Position numbers and translations under genes: made by a program. Source: Candidatus Zixiibacteriota bacterium (GTDB lineage Bacteria; Zixibacteria; MSB-5A5; WJJR01). From it: 12,838 nt of DNA. Under the pieces are notes generated by a model that searched no databases, had not been told where the DNA came from, and worked only from the letters and a program-made list of their open reading frames with translations. Where the stretch lies: contig JAVHPP010000085.1 of the NCBI GenBank assembly GCA_036170655.1, positions 1 through 12,838 on the forward strand. The letters run 5' to 3'. Below, piece after piece: positions 7,200 through 12,838 of the stretch. How positions within the stretch are numbered: the first letter of the stretch is position 1; every line of letters begins with the position of its first letter.

Positions 7200-9332
7200 T
7201 CACTGCGCCATCCCCAGGCGGTCCAGCAGAAATGCGTAATCCAGCGCGATTTCCTTCAGATAATCGTAACGCCCGGAGGCGCCGCCATGACCCGCGCCCA
7301 TGTTCGTCTTTAGCAGCAGGAGATGGTGGTCCGTCTTCAGCGCGCGGAGCTTGGCGGTCCACTTGGCCGGTTCCCAGTAGCCGACACGGGGGTCGTTCAA
7401 CCCGGCGGTAATGAGAAGATTCGGGTACTCTTTGGTAGTCACGTTATCGTAGGGAGAGTACGTGCGCATGTAGTCGTAGGATTCTTTCTGTTTCGGATTG
7501 CCCCATTCTTCGAATTCGATCACCGTGAGGGGAATCGACTCGTCGAGCATCGTGTTAATGACATCAACGAACGGCACGTGCGCAATCACGGTATGGAACA
7601 GATCGGGGCGCATGTTGGTCACCGCCCCCATCAGCAACCCGCCGGCGCTTCCGCCATTGATCGCCAGCTTCTCCTTCGACGTATACTTCTGGGCGATCAG
7701 GTACTCGGCACAGGCAATGAAGTCGGTGAAGGTGTTGCGTTTGTGCAGCAACTTGCCATCCTCGTACCACGGGCGGCCCATTTCGCCGCCGCCACGGATG
7801 TGCGCGATTGCAAAGACAAAGCCACGATTCAACAGACTCAGGCGGTTCGAGGAGAAGTTGGGATCGGAGCTGATCCCATAGGCGCCATATCCATAGAGCA
7901 GGAGGGGATTCGTGCCGTTCTTGACCATCCCTTTCCGGTAGACCAGCGAAATTGGAACTCGGACACCATCTGTGGCAGTCGCGAAGACTCGCTCTGACAC
8001 ATACTGCGCTGGGTCGTATCCGCCCTTGACTTCGTACTGCTTTTTCAGAACGCGTGTCTTGGCGTTCATGTCGTAGTCAAACACCGATCGCGGCGTCACG
8101 AGAGAGTTATAGGTAAACCGGAATGTCGATGTTTTGTACTCCGGGTTACGCCCGGCGTTGAAGGTGTACACGGGTTCGGGAAAATCGACGTAGTGGTTAC
8201 CACTGCCGCGCAGGTTCTTGATGCGAATCCGCTTGAGGCCATCCTGCCGCTCGTAAATCACCAGATGATCGGCGAACGCATCGATGTCGTCGACTTTGAC
8301 CGAATCGCGCGCCGCAATCACTTCCGTCCAATTGGCTTTCGACGGATTGGCGACCGGGGCTTTCATTACCTTGAAGTTTCTGGCATTGTCGTTGGTGACG
8401 ATATAAAACTGATCCCCATTGTGATCGACACGGTATTCCATCTCGTGCTGACGCGGGTGGATAAGCGCGAATGCTCCCGTGGGATTGTCCGCCGCCAGAT
8501 AGCGGACTTCTGACGTCACCTGGCTCTCCAGACTGATCAACAGGTAGGCGTTGCTGCGAGTTTTGTAGATGTTGAGGAAGTAGGCCTCGTCGGGTTCGTG
8601 ATAAACCAGCGAATCCTGCTTCGGATCGGCGCCGAGTTGATGGCGAAACAGCTTGAACGGGCGCTTGGCCGGGTCGAGCGTGTTGTAAAAGAGCGTCTTG
8701 TTGTCGTTGGCCCACTCCATGCCGGTGGACGTGCCCGCAATGACATCTTTGAGCAACGCTCCGCTCTTGAGATCCTTGACATAGAGCGTGTACTCTTCTG
8801 ATCCGGCCGTATCGACCGAATAAGCGAGGAGCTGGTGATTTGGGCTGATCTTGAACACACCGATATCGAAGTAGTCGTGCCCCTTCGCCAGCGCGTTCGG
8901 GTCAAGCAGGATCTCCTCAGAAGTGTCCAGGGAACCTTTTTTGCGGCAGTGGATCGGGTATTGCTTCCCTTCTTCGGTGCGTGTGTAGTAGTAGTAATCG
9001 TCCCGCTTCTCCGGTACATCGAGGTCGGTCTCGTTGATGCGGGCGAGCATCTCGTCATAGAGCGCTTTCTGCCGACCCTCCGTGTGTTTCATCACCGCGG
9101 CGGTGTAGGCATTCTCCGCATCGAGGTAGGCGATGACTTCCGGGTTCGATTTCTCCCGCAGCCAGAAATAGTTGTCCTTCCGTACCTCGCCGTTGACGGT
9201 ATCGATCTTCGGGATCACTTTGGCAACAGGCGCGGTCATGGCTTCTTGCGCAACGGCGATGGATGTTTGGATGAATGCTGGTACAACGACCGCCATAGCG
9301 GTCCACAGACCAATCCGAAGCCCTCGTAGCAT
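7200..9332 (-). CDS. ptrB: Oligopeptidase B / protease II (peptidase S9A) with a probable signal peptide
   Basis: DNYFWLR N-terminus, beta-propeller region, YGYGAYG, HIRGGGEMG, catalytic GGSAGG (Ser), NDPRV (Asp) and GAGHGG (His). SD AGAGGA precedes ATG 9332. Confidence 0.95.
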   Translation of the reverse strand: MLRGLRIGLWTAMAVVVPAFIQTSIAVAQEAMTAPVAKVIPKIDTVNGEVRKDNYFWLREKSNPEVIAYLDAENAYTAAVMKHTEGRQKALYDEMLARINETDLDVPEKRDDYYYYTRTEEGKQYPIHCRKKGSLDTSEEILLDPNALAKGHDYFDIGVFKISPNHQLLAYSVDTAGSEEYTLYVKDLKSGALLKDVIAGTSTGMEWANDNKTLFYNTLDPAKRPFKLFRHQLGADPKQDSLVYHEPDEAYFLNIYKTRSNAYLLISLESQVTSEVRYLAADNPTGAFALIHPRQHEMEYRVDHNGDQFYIVTNDNARNFKVMKAPVANPSKANWTEVIAARDSVKVDDIDAFADHLVIYERQDGLKRIRIKNLRGSGNHYVDFPEPVYTFNAGRNPEYKTSTFRFTYNSLVTPRSVFDYDMNAKTRVLKKQYEVKGGYDPAQYVSERVFATATDGVRVPISLVYRKGMVKNGTNPLLLYGYGAYGISSDPNFSSNRLSLLNRGFVFAIAHIRGGGEMGRPWYEDGKLLHKRNTFTDFIACAEYLIAQKYTSKEKLAINGGSAGGLLMGAVTNMRPDLFHTVIAHVPFVDVINTMLDESIPLTVIEFEEWGNPKQKESYDYMRTYSPYDNVTTKEYPNLLITAGLNDPRVGYWEPAKWTAKLRALKTDHHLLLLKTNMGAGHGGASGRYDYLKEIALDYAFLLDRLGMAQ

Positions 9333-9440
9333 GGCGCCGGGTCCTCTCTTGATGGGTTGATGATTGTCATGAGACGCAAATAGTGAGCATGCAAGGTGAC
9401 AAGAAGCCCCCCCAAACACGTTCAGTGAGGGCTGAATGGA

Positions 9441-9469
9441 AACATACCGAAATCCCGTGGTGTGGTCAA
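9441..9469 (-). promoter_or_regulatory. Sigma70-type promoter upstream of ptrB
   Basis: Minus strand TTGACC (9469-9464), 17-nt spacer, TATGTT (9446-9441). Confidence 0.55.
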
Positions 9470-9526
9470 GGCATCGTGCTTACCAGGACTCGGTCGGGGA
9501 ATGCGCTTGGCGGCCAGGGCGCGCCT

Positions 9527-9569
9527 GCAATAAGGCGGCCCCGTTGGAACCGGGGCCGCCTGAGATTGC
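9527..9569 (-). terminator. Strong hairpin after the cohesin-CTD gene; probable terminator or stabilising stem
   Basis: Perfect 11-bp stem AGGCGGCCCCG (9533-9543)/CGGGGCCGCCT (9551-9561), extendable by GCAAT/ATTGC. It sits about 45 nt past the stop, with only a weak U tract. Confidence 0.55.
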
Positions 9570-9604
9570 TGTAATAGAGACTGCAAATCTCGGATTTTGT
9601 ATCC

Positions 9605-10795
9605 CTATCGCAGCAGGATCATCTTCCCGACATGTGCATTAGGACCCGTCTGAAGCCGGTACAAATAGATTCCCGACGTGACGGTAGCGCCTGACATGTT
9701 CCGCCCATCCCAGCTCGCGTAGTATTCTCCGGGCGCCAATCTGGTGTCAACGAGTGCCGCAACCTTTTGGCCGAGTATGTTGTACACTGACAGCGTGACA
9801 GCACCGGCGTCTTCGATGACATAGCGTATCATCGTTCCCGCATTGAATGGGTTGGGGAAATTCGATAAACCGGCCGTGGTCTGCTCGTCCGATGTGGCGA
9901 CTGGCGCCGGGCTGGTCCTGACCCAATCTGCAGGATTCCATGACAGAGTGGAGTCTAACGGGGGGTCGGGGACAACGGTCAGGGCTGTGTCCGGTGCGTT
10001 CGCGGTCGTATCGACAACCATGGTCGTGTCAGAGATCAAGGAATCCGACGGCGGCTCCACACCAGGTACGGAGACGTTACCGGTATCTGCCACCACAACC
10101 GGCGCCCGGATCGTAATGGTCCCCATCATGAAATCGGGAACCACGCCGGTAGCAACACCATTTCGTTGCCCTCCAAGGATAAAAAGAATGTGATTGGCCG
10201 GTGGAATCATCGCCGTGTCGATGACGAATTGGCCCGGTGTATTGCCCGCCGTCAAAGTGATCGTAAGGGACGCTTTCCCGCTTTCCACTGTGCCATCGTC
10301 TCCGGCGGGAAGGTCATTGTCCTGGAGGATTCCGCCCGCGGCGAAGAGGACATAGTCAGGACTGACGTAGTCCAGTCCCAATCTTCTCCTGTCGCTGACA
10401 TCCGTCCACGTGTTTGTAATCTGCTGCCACACCACTTGGCCTTGGTAAATCCCATTCAGATACCCGTCAATCCGCGCCGAATGCTCGAAAGCGGGAATAC
10501 CCGCTGTCCAGAAAGCGCCGGGATCGACCTCGCGAATGACCAGCGGAATGACCAGCGCCCGTATGGCGGCATCGTTGCGAACGTACACCCCAATTGTTGC
10601 TGTTTCTCCGGGATCGAGTGCCTTCGACTCCACGGTCACCGCATGCCCGGCCGACGCGCTTCGAGGCAGGATAATGTCTGGCGGCGCGCCTGCCGCGAGC
10701 CGCCTCGCCTCGGTGACACACGCCGGATCGGCGGCGTAACCTGCATTCGCACACGCCCACAGTACGAGGGCCCCAATACCACTCGCTATTCTCAT
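9605..10795 (-). CDS. Secreted protein: cohesin-like beta-sandwich, Pro/Thr/Asp-rich linker, C-terminal FlgD-Ig/T9SS type A-like sorting domain
   Basis: SD AGGAGG and a signal peptide. The CTD reads NFPNPFN..T.IRY...V.L.VYNILGQKV..LV...WDG....SGIYLYRL...KMILLR. Residues about 51-230 follow a cohesin-like pattern (VTVESK...PGE...IGVYVRND...IDT...P.F..GTITI); this call is less certain than the CTD. Confidence 0.8.
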   Translation of the reverse strand: MRIASGIGALVLWACANAGYAADPACVTEARRLAAGAPPDIILPRSASAGHAVTVESKALDPGETATIGVYVRNDAAIRALVIPLVIREVDPGAFWTAGIPAFEHSARIDGYLNGIYQGQVVWQQITNTWTDVSDRRRLGLDYVSPDYVLFAAGGILQDNDLPAGDDGTVESGKASLTITLTAGNTPGQFVIDTAMIPPANHILFILGGQRNGVATGVVPDFMMGTITIRAPVVVADTGNVSVPGVEPPSDSLISDTTMVVDTTANAPDTALTVVPDPPLDSTLSWNPADWVRTSPAPVATSDEQTTAGLSNFPNPFNAGTMIRYVIEDAGAVTLSVYNILGQKVAALVDTRLAPGEYYASWDGRNMSGATVTSGIYLYRLQTGPNAHVGKMILLR

Positions 10796-11140
10796 TTGTG
10801 TCTTCCTCCTACCAGTTTCATCCAGAACTGGTGAGTCAAAGTTAATTCCCCCACGACATAGACCCGCAGTGATGAGATCCGTTCATCTCCAGTCGAGTGC
10901 GGCGCCTGAATCGCTCTACCCACTCGACAGGTGAATACAAGCGAGGTGTCATTTTATTCCCGAGAATCATATCTTTTTTCGAAAAAACTAAGAAAGATGA
11001 GTCTCATTGCCTCATGGCCCCCCGAAGCGGCGAAACCATCCGATCAACAGAGTAGCCGCGTACAGATCGAGTCTCTCGGCCTTGGTGTTGACTGTGCGCT
11101 CCGGCATCCTGTCTCCACGTCGACATTCGCCGAAGCAACT

Positions 11141-11560
11141 TCACGTCCCCGGAAACCATTGATACAGCATGAAATAGATCAGAACGCCGGTGACGGAAAC
11201 ATACATCCACACCGGCCAGGTCCAATGGGCAAGTCGCTTGTGAAGGGTGAAGTCGGCTTTCAGCGCCCGGCGCAACGTGAGGATCACCAGTGGGAGCAGA
11301 ATCACTGCCAGCGGGGTATGAGTGAAAAGAATGCCAAAGTAGAGATAGCGCGGAAAACCCTGCACCGCAAAGCGTGTGATTCCTGCCTGGCTGTGATAGA
11401 TGACATACGAGATCAAGAACAGCGTGCTACATGCGGCCGCAGTGAGCATACAGGCGCGGTGGGCCGCGACGCGACGCTTACGAATAAAGTAGAAACCAGC
11501 CAGAAGACAGCACCCGGCGAGGCCATTGAGTGTTGCATTGAGCGCCGGCTGGAATGACAT
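11141..11560 (-). CDS. DUF420 family membrane protein
   Basis: PALNATLN, GFYFIR...H..CM, LFLISY..YH, YF.IL.TH..LA, HKRLA.WT.P.W.YVSVTGV.IY. It lies downstream of SCO. Confidence 0.92.
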   Translation of the reverse strand: MSFQPALNATLNGLAGCCLLAGFYFIRKRRVAAHRACMLTAAACSTLFLISYVIYHSQAGITRFAVQGFPRYLYFGILFTHTPLAVILLPLVILTLRRALKADFTLHKRLAHWTWPVWMYVSVTGVLIYFMLYQWFPGT

Positions 11561-11564
11561 GCGG

Positions 11565-12245
11565 CTACGATGCCCGTCGCGCGTTGACCAGCGACGCGAC
11601 GTCGCGGAGAATGCGTGAAACTAAATCGGGGTCATCGCTGTGGTAATACGCCCGAATATGGCCATGGGGATCGACAAGGGAAAACATCGTGCTGTGCATG
11701 ATGGGCTCTTCCGGACTGCTGAGATGAAAACCGTCGGTCGATATGTGCCGGATTGTCTTGATATCCCCGGTCAAAAACCACCAGCGGTCACGATCGGCTT
11801 CATAACGGTCGGCGTATGCCGACAAGACGGACGGGGTGTCGCGGTCGGGATCGACCGAAAATGACACGAGGCGGATCATCTCCTTTTTCAGCAGGGGATC
11901 TGCCTGGATCGAATCTTGCAGATACGACATGCGCAAACTCATGAGCGGGCATGGCCCGGCGCAGTTCGTGAAAATGAAGTCGGCGATCCAGATCGTCCCC
12001 GCGAGGTTCGCGTACTGGATGTCCAGCCCAGACCGCTCTGTCAAATGAAAGTCGACGACGGTCCCGTAGTCAGCCAGATCCGCCGCGGCGGAGTTTTTGC
12101 CACTCATCTTGGCCGAAAGATCATGGAACATCCAAGCCATAATGACCGTGGTACCCACGATAAAGGCTACAGCAACTCCGGCCATAATCGGCCAGATCTT
12201 TCGTCTGGGCGTGGCCAGCGATGGAGAAGATGGGGCGGTTTGCAT
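11565..12245 (-). CDS. SCO1/SenC family copper chaperone
   Basis: N-terminal TM helix, DFIFTNCAGPCP (CxxxC), SFSVDPDRDTP, W.FLTG and the conserved His in HST.F.LVD. Confidence 0.94.
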   Translation of the reverse strand: MQTAPSSPSLATPRRKIWPIMAGVAVAFIVGTTVIMAWMFHDLSAKMSGKNSAAADLADYGTVVDFHLTERSGLDIQYANLAGTIWIADFIFTNCAGPCPLMSLRMSYLQDSIQADPLLKKEMIRLVSFSVDPDRDTPSVLSAYADRYEADRDRWWFLTGDIKTIRHISTDGFHLSSPEEPIMHSTMFSLVDPHGHIRAYYHSDDPDLVSRILRDVASLVNARRAS

Positions 12246-12838
12246 CTACGCCAGCTTCCTGATGGGGGCATTCGTGATCCACACGGCCCCGATGAAGGCC
12301 GCGACGGCAAAAGCGGCCGTAATTCCCACTGAGACGGCCAGCGATGGGATGCCATTGGTCATGGCCGGGTTGTGAAGATACAGCATGTGGCGCAGTGCGG
12401 CCGTGCCATAGGTGAGCGGGTTGATCATCATGATCGCGCGCATCCACCCTGTTGCCCCCGAAGCGGGGAAGAAGGCACCCGATAACAGCCACATCGGGAT
12501 TAGTCCGACATTCATAATCGCATGATACCCCTGTGTTGAGTCCATCCGCCAGGCCAGCATAAACCCGACCCCGGTCAGGGCCAGCGCAATCAGCGCCATG
12601 ACGGCAACGGCGCCCAGCCATCCCAGCGGATCAAAACCGATTCCCACGAGGGGAGCAATCGCCATGAAGATAACGGCTTGGACAATTGCCAGCGAACCGG
12701 TGCCCAGCATCTTGCCCAGCGCGATGGTCCACCGTGGCGCGGGAGCCACGAGCACCGATTGAAGGAATCCCTCACGCCGATCCTCGATGATTGAGATTGT
12801 GGCGAAGATTGCGGTGAACAGCAGGATCAGGATCAGCG
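12246..12838 (-). CDS. ABC-2 type transporter permease, 5'-truncated by the window edge
   Basis: The frame is open to the window end (LILILLFTAIFATISIIEDRREGFLQSVLVAP...). Motifs IALGK, LSGAFFP, INPLTY and multiple TM segments. Its stop abuts the SCO start. Confidence 0.92.
   Translation of the reverse strand, partial: LILILLFTAIFATISIIEDRREGFLQSVLVAPAPRWTIALGKMLGTGSLAIVQAVIFMAIAPLVGIGFDPLGWLGAVAVMALIALALTGVGFMLAWRMDSTQGYHAIMNVGLIPMWLLSGAFFPASGATGWMRAIMMINPLTYGTAALRHMLYLHNPAMTNGIPSLAVSVGITAAFAVAAFIGAVWITNAPIRKLA

Noticed and set aside
10931..11557. 208-aa plus-strand ORF
   Set aside because: Mostly antisense to DUF420, with no motif or clear RBS.

Overview
GC-rich bacterial chromosomal window. 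The style of the Cys-rich dockerin and the cohesin/FlgD-type C-terminal domain suggests an FCB-group organism such as Zixibacteria (inference). The left part (+ strand) is housekeeping: 3' part of smc, ftsY, then rpsU-yqeY-cvpA. The right part (- strand) has the end of a heme-copper oxidase assembly-type operon (ABC-2 permease, SCO, DUF420), followed by four genes for signal-peptide proteins: a cohesin-like + linker + FlgD/T9SS-type CTD protein, oligopeptidase B, a tail-fibre-like protein with a low-GC C-terminal module, and a small adaptor-like protein ending in a symmetric dockerin. The best candidate for an undescribed system is a non-cellulosomal fibre + dockerin adaptor + cohesin-CTD surface display. 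Other notable items are a promoter overlapped by a palindrome and tandem repeat, a REP-like inverted doublet, and a switch-like structured region before cvpA. All calls come from motif recognition by eye; no searches were run.
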